Shown here: positions 1-9,768 of the stretch, piece after piece | Layout of the letters: every line of letters begins with the position of its first letter | How positions within the stretch are numbered: position 1 is the stretch's first letter | NCBI GenBank assembly: GCA_963663275.1 | Contig: OY760183.1 | Coordinates: 3,136,001 to 3,200,000 of the forward strand | Length of the DNA: 64,000 bases | DNA from: Chloroflexota bacterium | GTDB lineage: Bacteria > Chloroflexota > UBA11872 > VXOZ01 | Reading direction: 5' to 3' | Program-made: the position numbers and the translations under genes | Notes under the pieces: model-generated | What the model was told of the DNA's origin: nothing | The model's database searches: none | Seen by the model: only the letters and a program-made list of their open reading frames with translations

Positions 1-440
1 CCCCCCGCCAGGGGAAAACGCCCAAACGTCGTCGCCCTCCCGTAGCGCGGGGGCTTGTCCCCCGCCTGGGCAGATAGGGGTAAGCACGTGTCATTCCGAG
101 CGCAGCGAGGAATCTAGAATTGATGGTCTTGCAGCGTAGCGCCTTAGATTCCTCTCTCCGCTGCGCTCCGTTCGGAATGACACGTGAAGTCGATTGTAGA
201 GTACATACTCCTGTCAGCCCGCCTGGGGAAAGCGCCCACCTGTTGTCGCACCACCATGGCGCGGGGGCTTGTCCCCCGCCTGGGCAGACAGGGGTAAGCA
301 CGTGTCATTCCGAGCGCAGCGAGGAATCTAGAATTGATGGTCTTGCAGCGTAGCGCCTTAGATTCCTCTCTCCGCTGCGCTCCGTTCGGAGTGACACGTG
401 AAGTCGATTGTAGAGTACATACCCCTGTCAGCCCGCCTGG
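1..440. repeat. 214-bp tandem repeat (about 2 units) built from REP-like palindromes (BIME-like)
   Basis: 45-226 is nearly identical to 259-440 (period 214). Each unit has a GCGCGGGGGCTTGTCCCCCGC hairpin (GTAG-preceded at 42) and a long palindrome CACGTGTCATTCCGA...TCGGAATGACACGTG (85-186). Confidence 0.9.
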
Positions 441-471
441 GCGAAGAGCAGGTGCGCGGCTTCCCGGACGA

Positions 472-1302
472 CTAGAGTCTGCGCCCCGCCGCAATCACCG
501 CCGCCATCGGCAAACTGATGCTGTCTCCATCGCCAAGCGCCAGCACGTTTTCCCTTACCGCCTGGCGAATAGCGGCCAGCGCCGCCGGCGACTGTGCCTG
601 CAAGAGCGCGCCGGTGCGCACCGCGCCGTGGTAGAACGTTTCGAAGAGGGTATCCGCGTGGGGCATCTCCCACGCGACGCGCGCCTCCTCCACCGCAGGC
701 GCGTTGAAACCCGTCTCTTCCAGAACGCGCCTGCTCTCAGCCGGATCGCTGAAGCGGAAGAAGGGCGGGCCGTCCGGCAGCGCCACGTCCATAGCGCCAT
801 GCTCGGCAATGGCGTCGAGCATAATCTTGAAACCCAGGCAAATCTCGGGCGCGCCCCATACGCTGTAGGCAACCCGGCCGCCCGGCCGCAGCACGCGATA
901 CGCCTCGGCCAGCGCCTTCTCCGGCTGAGCCACGTGCAGCAGGCCGAAGTTCATGACAACCGCGTCGAAATCGGCATCGGGAAACGGCAGGTCTTCGGCG
1001 CTGCCGACGTGAAACGCAAGCGCGGGATACTGCCGCCGCGCCACCGCCACCGCCGCTTCCGCAAAGTCGATGCCGACCACCGCGGCCCCGCGTTCCGCCG
1101 CCGCGGCCGCCACGTAGCCCGGCCCGCAGGCTACGTCCAGCACGCGGCGCCCCGCCGCCACGCCGCCGGCATCGAGCAGGGGCGCGATAAAGCGCGTGGT
1201 CAAAGCCGCGAAATAGCGGTGGTAGTCATCCGCCACCCGCTCCCAACCGGCCCTTTCGAATTCGTAGAAGGCGCTCACGGCGCCCTGATCGCGCTCCGCC
1301 AT
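472..1302 (-). CDS. Class I SAM-dependent methyltransferase
   Basis: VLDVACGPG motif I, GSAEDLPFPDADFDAV, LRPGG. ATG at 1302 preceded by a GAGGAG RBS; the ORF track start at 1470 is probably too long. Confidence 0.85.
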   Translation of the reverse strand: MAERDQGAVSAFYEFERAGWERVADDYHRYFAALTTRFIAPLLDAGGVAAGRRVLDVACGPGYVAAAAAERGAAVVGIDFAEAAVAVARRQYPALAFHVGSAEDLPFPDADFDAVVMNFGLLHVAQPEKALAEAYRVLRPGGRVAYSVWGAPEICLGFKIMLDAIAEHGAMDVALPDGPPFFRFSDPAESRRVLEETGFNAPAVEEARVAWEMPHADTLFETFYHGAVRTGALLQAQSPAALAAIRQAVRENVLALGDGDSISLPMAAVIAAGRRL

Positions 1303-1440
1303 ACCGTACTCCTCGATCGGCTCCTTACCACTCTCCCCATTGTAGCGGCAGTCGCGGCGCGGAAGCGTCCCCAACCGCCGCAGCCGGCAGCCGCCGCTCA
1401 AACCCACGTGCGACGGGCATGTACGCTCTGCCCCCAAGAA

Positions 1441-1449
1441 TGCTATAGT
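1441..1449 (+). promoter_or_regulatory. Putative extended -10 promoter for the mgs operon
   Basis: TGCTATAGT about 120 bp upstream of the mgsA ATG. Confidence 0.4.
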
Positions 1450-1571
1450 ATGGGATGAACATCCTCTCAAGGAGACGCGGAGCCGTATCGCCTTGCCGAA
1501 TGCGCGCGGCGCCGCTCTAATCTTAATGAGGCAACGCAGTCGGCCTTTCGACGGCAGGTAAGGAACGTCGC

Positions 1572-2483
1572 ATGTGCGGCATCATCGGCTTTCTCGAAAA
1601 GGACAGTGAGGGCGCGGCGCCGGTTGGCGCCACGGTGCTCACCATGCTCGACGCCCTGGCGTGCCGCGGGCCGGACTCCGCCGGCGTGGCGCTCTATACC
1701 GGCGCCAGCAACGGCCATACCGTCTTGCGCGTAAAGCTGGGCGAGAACGGCGACTTTGCCGGACGCCGCGAAAACATCACCGCGCGCATCGAATCGCTGG
1801 GCGAAATCCTCGACTCCTCAACCACCGAGGAATACCTGCGGCTGGAACTCGACTTTGCCGGAGACCCACAACAGCTTAGCGCCCTCATCGAGGCGGAAGC
1901 GAATAACGTGGAAGTGGTGAGCATGGGCAATGCCCTCGAAATCGTCAAGCAAGTGGGTTCGCCTGAGAATCTGGAACAGACCCACGGCGTCTCGCGCATC
2001 ACCGGCACCCACGGCATCGGGCACACGCGCCTTTCCACCGAATCGCGGGTGGACCTGAGCCACTCGCAGCCCTTCTGGGCGCACGGCACGCCGGACCTGG
2101 CGGTGGTGCACAACGGGCACATCACGAACTACCACAATCTGCGCCGCCGCTACGAGCAGCACGGCGTGCGCTTCTATACCGATAACGACTCCGAGGTCAT
2201 CGGCGTCTACCTGGCCGACCGGCTTGCCCAGGGCCTGTCGCTGCAAGAGGCGCTCACCGCTTCTCTCTACGACCTGGACGGCTCCTTCAGCTACCTGGCG
2301 GCAACCCGGAACGAGTTGGGTTTTGCCAAAGACCGCTTTGCCCTCAAACCGCTGCTCTTTACCGAAACGGACGACACCGTGGTGGTCGCAACCGAGGAGA
2401 TTGCCATCGAGAACGCCTTTCCCGGCATCGGCGGTGTGCGCGAGGCGCAAGCGAAGGAAGTGCGGGTATGGCAGTTGAACTAG
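1572..2483 (+). CDS. mgsA: Class II glutamine amidotransferase, N-methylglutamate synthase subunit A (GlxB/MgsA)
   Basis: N-terminal MCGIIG nucleophile, RGPDSAG, GHTRLSTES, HNGHITN, DSEV; adjacent to GXGXG and FMN subunits. Confidence 0.85.
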   Translation: MCGIIGFLEKDSEGAAPVGATVLTMLDALACRGPDSAGVALYTGASNGHTVLRVKLGENGDFAGRRENITARIESLGEILDSSTTEEYLRLELDFAGDPQQLSALIEAEANNVEVVSMGNALEIVKQVGSPENLEQTHGVSRITGTHGIGHTRLSTESRVDLSHSQPFWAHGTPDLAVVHNGHITNYHNLRRRYEQHGVRFYTDNDSEVIGVYLADRLAQGLSLQEALTASLYDLDGSFSYLAATRNELGFAKDRFALKPLLFTETDDTVVVATEEIAIENAFPGIGGVREAQAKEVRVWQLN

Positions 2484-3181
2484 ATTGCGCCGGCAAGACC
2501 ATCCGGGAGATAAACACCGCCATCAAGGAGCGCATCGCCGGCGGAGAGTCGGAGGTGCTGGTGCGCAATCCCGGCGCGCGGCACAATCTTGGCGTGGCGC
2601 TGCTGCAACCCGCCACGGTGACCTTCGACGGCAGCGTGGGCTATTTCTGCGCCGGTTTGATGGACGGCGCCACCGTCGAGATCAACGGCAGCACCGGCTG
2701 GGGACTGGCGGAATCGATGCTCTCCGGCACGGTTGTCGTGCGCGGCAGCGCCGGCAACGGGGCCGCGGCCACCATTCGCGGCGGCACGGTGGTCATTCAC
2801 AAGCACGCGGCCGCCCGGGCCGGCGTGGCCATGAAAGGCGGCCTGCTCTTGATTGGCGGCAACTGCGGCTACATGGCCGGCTTCATGGGGCAGCGCGGCA
2901 CCATCGTCGTCTGCGGCGACGTGGGCGACGCCTTTGCCGATTCGATGTACGAGACCGTCTGCTACGTGGGCGGCAAAATCGGCGAACTGGGCAATGACAC
3001 GGTGGTTGAGGAACTCGCCGCCGAAGACCTGGCGTTTCTGGAAACCACGATTGCGGAGCATCTTCCCGACCGGCTGGCCGACCTGAAGCCGCGCCTGGCG
3101 AATTTCAAGAAGATCGTCTCCGGACGAAGGTTGTGGAACTTCGATAAGGCCGATTGGGAAGCCTGGCAGCAGGTAGTGTAA
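2468..3181 (+). CDS. mgsB: GXGXG-domain N-methylglutamate synthase subunit B (GlxC/MgsB)
   Basis: Repeated GxxGxxxG beta-helix motifs, DSMYETVCYVGG, RRLWNF C-terminus; overlaps mgsA. Confidence 0.85.
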   Translation: MAVELDCAGKTIREINTAIKERIAGGESEVLVRNPGARHNLGVALLQPATVTFDGSVGYFCAGLMDGATVEINGSTGWGLAESMLSGTVVVRGSAGNGAAATIRGGTVVIHKHAAARAGVAMKGGLLLIGGNCGYMAGFMGQRGTIVVCGDVGDAFADSMYETVCYVGGKIGELGNDTVVEELAAEDLAFLETTIAEHLPDRLADLKPRLANFKKIVSGRRLWNFDKADWEAWQQVV

Positions 3182-3304
3182 GCGGAGAGACGGCCCCCGC
3201 AAGACGCGCCGGCGTCCACCGTTGTACGCGGTACACGAGGCAAAATTGACTCAGGGTCACGCCCCCAAACAGTCCGGTTAATGTCACTTGTACGTTGGAC
3301 ACGA

Positions 3305-3333
3305 CTGTCATTCCGAGCGGAGCGAGGAATCTA
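3305..3333. repeat. Half REP-like element (TGTCATTCCGAGCGGAGCGAGGAATCT family)
   Basis: Matches the left arm of the palindromes at 85-186 and 16481-16586. Confidence 0.7.
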
Positions 3334-3425
3334 AGCGCGGCAGGGCGCCTGAGGAACATCAAACGCCTGATTCACACCGCCGCCGCCATTGCGAAGCACA
3401 CGCCCGATAAGAGGAGCAAGGGACT

Positions 3426-4775
3426 ATGCCAGACGGCGAGAACGGCCGCCTGCGACCGAGCGGAACGTACACCCCCGATGTGATTGCCGAGATTCAAGAG
3501 AAAGCGCAACTGGGGCGCTACATCATGCGCGGTTTCGGCACGCTGCGCGAACGGAACTGGGCGACGTTCGACGACCTGACGTTTCTCCCGTGCACCCTGA
3601 CCCGCATCCCGCTGGAGGGCTACCGCGAACACTGCTCGACCAAGACGGTGATCGGCAGACGCCATGCCGAACAGCCGATCGAACTCGATATTCCCATTAT
3701 GATTACGGGCATGAGTTGGGGCGCGCTCTCGTACAACGCCAAAGTGGCGCTGGCCCAGGGCGCGGCCGCGGTCGGCTCTTCCAACACCACCGGCGACGGC
3801 GGCATGTTGGAGGCCGAACGCGAACACAGCAAGACCCTGGTCTACGAGGTCTTGCCCTCGCGCTACGGCGTCAGCATCCACCACGCCCGCGCCGCCGACG
3901 CCATCGAACTAACCATCGGCCAGGGCGCGAAACCCGGCACCGGCGGCCTGCTGCTGGGCTCGAAGGTTTCCGACGTGATTGCCGAACAACGGGATCTGCC
4001 CGTGGGCGTGGACCAGCGCAGCCCGGCCAGGCATCCGGACTTTCTGGGCCCGGACGATATGATCATCAAGGTGGAGGAACTGCGCGAGGCTACCGACTGG
4101 AAGGTGCCGATCTTCATCAAGATGGGCGCGACGCGCGTCTTCGACGACGTGCGCCTGGCCGCCAAAGCCGGCGCCGACGCGGTGGTGGTGGACGGCATGG
4201 AAGGCGGCACGGGCGCGTCGCCGGAAATGCTGCAAGAGCACACGGGCATCCCCACCCTGGCTGCGGTCTGCGAGGCGCGCGCGGCGCTGGAAGACCTGGG
4301 GCTCTACGGCGAGGTGCAACTCATCATCGCCGGCGGCATCCGCCACGGCGTGGACGCCGCCAAAGCCCTTGCCCTCGGCGCGGACGCGGTCTACATCGGC
4401 ACCTCCGCCCTGATCGCGCTCAACTGCAACCGCCCGCTCTACGTGGAAGATTATGAAAAGCTAGGCGCCAAGCCCGGCTTCTGCCACCACTGCCACACGG
4501 GACGCTGCCCGGTGGGCATTACGACCCAGGACCCGGAACTGATGCAACGCCTGCCGATCGACGAGGCCGCCGAACGGGTCTCCAGCTACCTGCGCGCAAT
4601 GGTCTCGGAAATGCAGATGCTGGCGCGCGCCTGCGGCAAGGCCGACGTGCACGACCTGGACCCGGACGACCTCCGCGCCCTGACGTCCGAAGCCTCGATG
4701 ATCTGCGGCATCCCCCTGGTCGGCACCAACCGCATCGTCGGCGGCGGCCCGGGCTGGGAAGAACGCGGGCACTAG
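3426..4775 (+). CDS. mgsC: FMN-binding glutamate synthase family, N-methylglutamate synthase subunit C (GlxD/MgsC)
   Basis: TGMSWGALS, TTGDGG, GQGAKPGTGG, DGMEGGTGA, CHHCHTGRCPVGITTQDP Fe-S motif. Confidence 0.88.
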   Translation: MPDGENGRLRPSGTYTPDVIAEIQEKAQLGRYIMRGFGTLRERNWATFDDLTFLPCTLTRIPLEGYREHCSTKTVIGRRHAEQPIELDIPIMITGMSWGALSYNAKVALAQGAAAVGSSNTTGDGGMLEAEREHSKTLVYEVLPSRYGVSIHHARAADAIELTIGQGAKPGTGGLLLGSKVSDVIAEQRDLPVGVDQRSPARHPDFLGPDDMIIKVEELREATDWKVPIFIKMGATRVFDDVRLAAKAGADAVVVDGMEGGTGASPEMLQEHTGIPTLAAVCEARAALEDLGLYGEVQLIIAGGIRHGVDAAKALALGADAVYIGTSALIALNCNRPLYVEDYEKLGAKPGFCHHCHTGRCPVGITTQDPELMQRLPIDEAAERVSSYLRAMVSEMQMLARACGKADVHDLDPDDLRALTSEASMICGIPLVGTNRIVGGGPGWEERGH

Positions 4776-4810
4776 ACAGTTGCGGTCATAAGACAGAAGA
4801 CACCGCTGCC

Positions 4811-6109
4811 ATGGCCATCCGCCGCCTCAAAGTCTCCAACTTCCGCAGTTTCAACGAGTTAGACGTCGAACTCGGCGACTTCAACGTGCTCATCGGCGCA
4901 AATGCGTCAGGCAAGTCGAACTTCGTGGAAATCTTCCGCTTCTTGCGCGACATCCGCAAGGAAGGCTTGCGCGACGCTATATCCCTGCAAGGCGGTAGCC
5001 GGTACATACAAAACCTTCGGATAGGAACGGCAGAACCGCTAAGCATGGACATTTCTGATGTACAAGACATCGAATACGAAGTGATGTCGAATCATGAAGT
5101 GGAGACGCGGCACTTAGTTCGTGTCAATGAAATGAAATACGGATTCTCGCTTGACTTTCTAGAAAAGAACCTTGGGCCACATGCTAATAACTGGAATATA
5201 CAACGTGATAGCATTGTGCGAAGCTTCTCCGTATTTCCTGACAGGGCAAGAGACCACAATATGACCGACGGGAATAGGTTTCCTGGCACGTTAGAATTCT
5301 TGGCTTGGCGGGATGATGATATCCTGAAACGGAAATATTGCGGAGACCCCTCCCTCATCGCACTCCTAAAACAGAAAGAGGGCGTTGGACACTTTGACTC
5401 GGACTTGTATCCGAAGGATTCATTGCTTCTAGAGTCTCGGCTATTCACTTATCTGCTCACGGGGAATTTGGCTCCGCCGTTTAGCACAATTCGTGATCCA
5501 GGTATCTTCCGAACTGATGCGGGAGCATCCCAGCATACCCAGCCGTTGCGGGCTCCTGCGGCCCTCACCGAAAGCGCATCGAATCTTGCGCCGATTCTAG
5601 ATCGGATCCTCTCCGACGGGGATCAGCGGAAAACGCTTCTAAACCTCGTCCGATACCTCTTGCCGTTTGTCAATGACATAGGTGTGCGGAAACTATCAGA
5701 TGAGTCTTCCTTACTCTATGTGAAGGAGACCTTTACCGATGAGAATAAACTCTACGCCGGTATGATGTCCGAAGGGACAACCGCCGCTATCGCGCTCGTC
5801 GTTGCTCTCTATTTCGAGGAGAATCCGCTGGTGATTTTCGAGGATCCCGACCGGGGTATGCATCCCAAACTGATGTCCCGCGTGGTGGAAATGATGAAGG
5901 AAGTTTCCAAAGAAAAGCAGATCATCGTCACGACGCATCATCCTGAGATGGTGCGCTACGCTGGCGTGGAAAACCTCCTCCTCGTTTCTCGTGACAATGA
6001 CGGTTTCTCGCAAATTACACGCCCGGCGGATAGAACAATGGTCAAGCGATTCCTCAAAAACGATATTGGCATCGATCAGCTCTACGTTGACGACTTGCTG
6101 GAAGTCTAA
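4811..6109 (+). CDS. ABC-type (AAA_21-like) ATPase of a putative defence pair
   Basis: NFRSF, Walker A GANASGKS, signature MSEGT, Walker B/D-loop FEDPDRGMHP, H-loop TTHHP. Confidence 0.8.
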   Translation: MAIRRLKVSNFRSFNELDVELGDFNVLIGANASGKSNFVEIFRFLRDIRKEGLRDAISLQGGSRYIQNLRIGTAEPLSMDISDVQDIEYEVMSNHEVETRHLVRVNEMKYGFSLDFLEKNLGPHANNWNIQRDSIVRSFSVFPDRARDHNMTDGNRFPGTLEFLAWRDDDILKRKYCGDPSLIALLKQKEGVGHFDSDLYPKDSLLLESRLFTYLLTGNLAPPFSTIRDPGIFRTDAGASQHTQPLRAPAALTESASNLAPILDRILSDGDQRKTLLNLVRYLLPFVNDIGVRKLSDESSLLYVKETFTDENKLYAGMMSEGTTAAIALVVALYFEENPLVIFEDPDRGMHPKLMSRVVEMMKEVSKEKQIIVTTHHPEMVRYAGVENLLLVSRDNDGFSQITRPADRTMVKRFLKNDIGIDQLYVDDLLEV

Positions 6110-6112
6110 ATA

Positions 6113-6643
6113 ATGCCCAAGGAACTATTCGTTTGGGTTGAGGGGGATTCCGATCAGCGCTTTTTTGAAGAAATCATCGAACCCCTACTGAGCGATCGGT
6201 ACGCGTCCGTACATAAGGGTCAGTATGCCCAGCAGCCCGACAACTACACGAGTAGAAAATTACACGAGGTTACACGATCACATACAATCCTGGACTACTT
6301 GTGGCTGGCCGACCTAGATCCAGGGAAGTTCCCCTGCGTAACAGCAAAGAAGAACGCCCTGACGTGCCAACATCCCCTGCTAGACCCGGATAGAATTGCA
6401 GTCGTAGCGCCGGAAATCGAAGCCTGGTACTTAGCAGGACTGGATAGTGCGGCCTGTGAAGCGCTTAGCATCCCCGAGTATCAAGACACCAGTTCCGTTA
6501 CCAAAGAGGACTTTAGCAGGCTCATGCCAAGCACATACAGATCTGAAATTGCCTTTAGAATGGACGTTCTCGATGAATTCTCAGTGGAAGTCGCCAAGCG
6601 CAAGAACGCCTCGTTCGCGTACTTTTGCAAGAAACACCTATAG
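6113..6643 (+). CDS. TOPRIM-like (DUF4276/RloB-like) partner protein
   Basis: VWVEGDSD, DLD and EIEAWYL motifs; starts 3 bp after the ATPase. Confidence 0.65.
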   Translation: MPKELFVWVEGDSDQRFFEEIIEPLLSDRYASVHKGQYAQQPDNYTSRKLHEVTRSHTILDYLWLADLDPGKFPCVTAKKNALTCQHPLLDPDRIAVVAPEIEAWYLAGLDSAACEALSIPEYQDTSSVTKEDFSRLMPSTYRSEIAFRMDVLDEFSVEVAKRKNASFAYFCKKHL

Positions 6644-6742
6644 GTGATATAAGCGTATCAATACAGTTGCCTTTGGTTTGCCTGTTTCCTTCGTAATCGG
6701 CCAATAAGGCACAGTCAGATTGCGCCTCTAACCGGAGTCACC

Positions 6743-7003
6743 ATGTCTTTCCTGATCCCCTGTCCCAACTGCGGCCAGCGCAGCGTCTACGAGTTTCGCT
6801 TTGGCGGCGAGGTGAAGGCGCGGCCGGAGGCGGGGTCGAGCGACGAGGCGTGGCTGGGGTACAGCTATGCCGCGGCGAACCGCGACCGCTCGCAGAAGGA
6901 GTGGTGGTTCCATACGCACGGCTGCCGCCAGTGGCTCTTTGCCGTGCGGGATACGGTGAACAATGAGGTGACGGAGACCAGCCTGCCCGAGGAGACGCCG
7001 TGA
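6743..7003 (+). CDS. soxD: Sarcosine oxidase delta-type subunit (NMG dehydrogenase)
   Basis: IPCPNCGQR..EF..GGE and EWWFHTHGCRQW..RDTVNNEV zinc motif. Confidence 0.88.
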   Translation: MSFLIPCPNCGQRSVYEFRFGGEVKARPEAGSSDEAWLGYSYAAANRDRSQKEWWFHTHGCRQWLFAVRDTVNNEVTETSLPEETP

Positions 7004-9768
7004 GCCGCGTTCCAGATTCCCGTCATTCCCGCGAAAGCGGGAATCCATCTTTGGCCGCCTCAGGGAACAACGGGCAGTCCTCTGTCACCTTCTCCTTCAA
7101 CGGCAGACCGATCGAGGCCCTGCCGCAGGACACCGTTGCCTCCGCGCTCTATCGCTCCGGCCGGCGCGTCTTCAGCCGCAGTTTCAAGTACCATCGCCCG
7201 CGCGGCCTGCTCTGCGTGGCGGGCAATTGCCCCAATTGCCTGATGAACGTGGACGGCGCGCCCAACGTGCGCGCCTGCACGCAGCCGGTGCGAGGCGGCA
7301 TGACGGTCGCCCACCAGAACGCCAACCCTTCCCTGGAGACCGACTTCCTGGCGGTTGCCGAGCGCTTTTCCTGGGCCATGCCGGTGGGCTTCTACTACAA
7401 GACCTTCACCCATCCCTGGATGTGGCGCCTTGCCGAGCCGCTCATCCGCCGCGCCGCCGGACTGGGCACAATCGACAACGACCCAAACTCGGTCGCGCAC
7501 CACGACTACGAGCATGTCTTCCTGCACACCACAACGACCGTAGTCGGCGGCGGGCCGTTCGGACTGCGGGCCGCCCTGGATGCGGCGGCACAAGGCGAAG
7601 ACGTCGTCCTCATCGACGACCAGCCGGAACTCGGCGGACACCTACGCTACACGGACGCCGGCGCTTCAAGGGCAGGCTCGGAGTCCACGGCCTCCACCGG
7701 CGGTGAAACATTCGAAAGCCTTGAAAACCTCTTGCGGCGCATCGACGAAAGCCCCCGCATTACCGTCTTCACCAACGCCACCTGCTTCGGTCTCTACGAG
7801 GGCAATCTGCTGGCCATCGCGCATCGGCAAGCGGATTCTCCCGAAGCCCAGCGCCTCACCCAACTGCGCACCGAGCGCATCGTCATCGCCACCGGCGCGC
7901 ATGAAGTCCCGCTGCTCTTCGAGAACAACGACTTGCCCGGCGTCATGTTGAGCAGCGGCGTCCTGCGCCTCAGCGGGCTGCACGGCGTCAAGCCCGGCGA
8001 CCGCGCCGTCGTAATTGGCAACGTGGAATTAGTGGGTTCGCTCATTGGCGCGCTCGAGTCTGCCGGTATCCAGGTTGAAAGCATCATACCGCCCGCGCAG
8101 GTCGTGAAAGCCATTGGCCGCAAGCGCGTCACCGGTCTCCAAACCACCGCGGGGCGCTATTCATGCGATCTCATCGTCGTCTGCGGCGACTGGGTTCCCG
8201 ACGCGGGACTGGTCGCGCAGGCCGGCGGCAGCGTGGAATGGGACGAAGAACGGGCCGTGTTCGCCACCAGCGGCCTGCCGGACGGAGTCTCCGCCGTGGG
8301 CGCGGTTACCGGAGAATCCTTGCCGCCCGCCGCCGGCCTCGCGTCCAGCGCCGCGTCGAATCCGAAGAAGGTCTTCGTCTGTCCCTGCGAGGACGTTTCG
8401 CTCCACGACCTGCGCACGGCCATCGACGAGGGATTCGACCATATCGAGACGCTCAAGCGCTACACCACCACGACCATGGGACCCTGCCAGGGCAAGATGT
8501 GCCAGCAGGCGGCTATCAGCGTCTGCGCCCAGGAAACCGGGCGTACGATCCAAGAAACCGGCAGAACGACCTCCCGTCCGCCCACCTCGCCCGTGCCGCT
8601 GGGCGCGCTGGCCGGGCCGCACCAGCATCCGGTCAAGCGCACGCCCATGCACGCCAAGCACGACGAGGCCGGCTGCGTCTGGATGGACATGGGCGAATGG
8701 AAGCGCCCGCTCTACTACGGCACGCCGGACAGCAAGCAAGAGTCAGTGGAGCAGGAGTACTGGGCGGTGCGCGAGCGCGTCGGCCTCATCGACCTGAGCA
8801 CCCTCGGCAAACTCGACGTCGTTGGCCGGGACGCCGGCAAACTCCTGGACAAGGTCTACACCAATCGCTTCTCCGACCTGCGCGTGGGCCGGGCGCGCTA
8901 CGGCGTCATCTGCGACGAGGCGGGCATCATCCTGGACGACGGCACGGTCTCGCGGGTGGCCGACGACCGTTACTTCATCACCACCACCACTGGCAACATC
9001 GAATTCGTCCAGGAGTGGCTGGAGTGGTGGCTGGCCGGCAGCGGCATGTGCGTCCACGTTACCAACGTCACCGGCGGCCTGGCGGCCGTGAACGTGGCCG
9101 GCCCCCAGGCCCGCGCCACCCTCGCCAAACTCACGGAACGCGACCTCAGCAACAAGCGCTTTGGCTACATGCGCTGCCGCCGGGCGGAAGTGGCGGGCGT
9201 GTCCAGCCTCATGCTGCGCATCGGCTTCGTGGGCGAGACCGGCTGGGAAATCCACTATCCCGCGGAGTACGGCGAACACGTCTGGGACGCCATCATGGAA
9301 GCCGGCAGGGAGTTCGACATCCGGCCCTTTGGCGTCGAAACGCAGCGCGTGCTCCGCCTGGAAAAGAAACACGTCATCGTCAGCGTGGATACCGACGCCA
9401 CCAGCAACCCGATCGAATCCGACCTGGCCTGGGTGGCCAAACTCGACAAAGAGGACTTCATCGGCAAGGCGGCCATCAGCCGCGCCACGGAACGCGCCCC
9501 CCGCGAAAAGCTGGTAGGGTTCGTCATGGATGAGAACGTGCTGCCGCCGGACGGCTGCGTGATCATCGCCGACGGCCAACCGGCGGGGCGGGTTACCAGC
9601 GTCCGCTACTCGCCAGTGAATGAGAAGGTGATCGGCCTCGCGTGGGTGGCGGCGGAGCTTGCCACGGCGGGCCAAGCCATTACCATGCGCGTCGACGACC
9701 GGCCCGCATCCGCCCGCGTGGCGGACGAACCCTTCTACGATCCCGCGCAGAAACGGCTGCGCCAGTGA
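7000..9768 (+). CDS. soxA: Sarcosine oxidase alpha-type subunit (NMG dehydrogenase; 2Fe-2S, FAD/NAD, GcvT domains)
   Basis: RSFKYHRPRGLLC, CPCEDV, KRYTTTTMGPCQGK, GFVGETGWEI, LRLEK. Confidence 0.88.
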   Translation: MSRVPDSRHSRESGNPSLAASGNNGQSSVTFSFNGRPIEALPQDTVASALYRSGRRVFSRSFKYHRPRGLLCVAGNCPNCLMNVDGAPNVRACTQPVRGGMTVAHQNANPSLETDFLAVAERFSWAMPVGFYYKTFTHPWMWRLAEPLIRRAAGLGTIDNDPNSVAHHDYEHVFLHTTTTVVGGGPFGLRAALDAAAQGEDVVLIDDQPELGGHLRYTDAGASRAGSESTASTGGETFESLENLLRRIDESPRITVFTNATCFGLYEGNLLAIAHRQADSPEAQRLTQLRTERIVIATGAHEVPLLFENNDLPGVMLSSGVLRLSGLHGVKPGDRAVVIGNVELVGSLIGALESAGIQVESIIPPAQVVKAIGRKRVTGLQTTAGRYSCDLIVVCGDWVPDAGLVAQAGGSVEWDEERAVFATSGLPDGVSAVGAVTGESLPPAAGLASSAASNPKKVFVCPCEDVSLHDLRTAIDEGFDHIETLKRYTTTTMGPCQGKMCQQAAISVCAQETGRTIQETGRTTSRPPTSPVPLGALAGPHQHPVKRTPMHAKHDEAGCVWMDMGEWKRPLYYGTPDSKQESVEQEYWAVRERVGLIDLSTLGKLDVVGRDAGKLLDKVYTNRFSDLRVGRARYGVICDEAGIILDDGTVSRVADDRYFITTTTGNIEFVQEWLEWWLAGSGMCVHVTNVTGGLAAVNVAGPQARATLAKLTERDLSNKRFGYMRCRRAEVAGVSSLMLRIGFVGETGWEIHYPAEYGEHVWDAIMEAGREFDIRPFGVETQRVLRLEKKHVIVSVDTDATSNPIESDLAWVAKLDKEDFIGKAAISRATERAPREKLVGFVMDENVLPPDGCVIIADGQPAGRVTSVRYSPVNEKVIGLAWVAAELATAGQAITMRVDDRPASARVADEPFYDPAQKRLRQ

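Noticed and set aside
1535-1570. glnA (glutamine) riboswitch-like GACGG.AG..AAGGAACG
   Set aside because: No P3 hairpin/E-loop and no 5' CGTT partner.
1572-4775. Split canonical glutamate synthase
   Set aside because: No gltD or central domain; sox/glnT context indicates NMG synthase.
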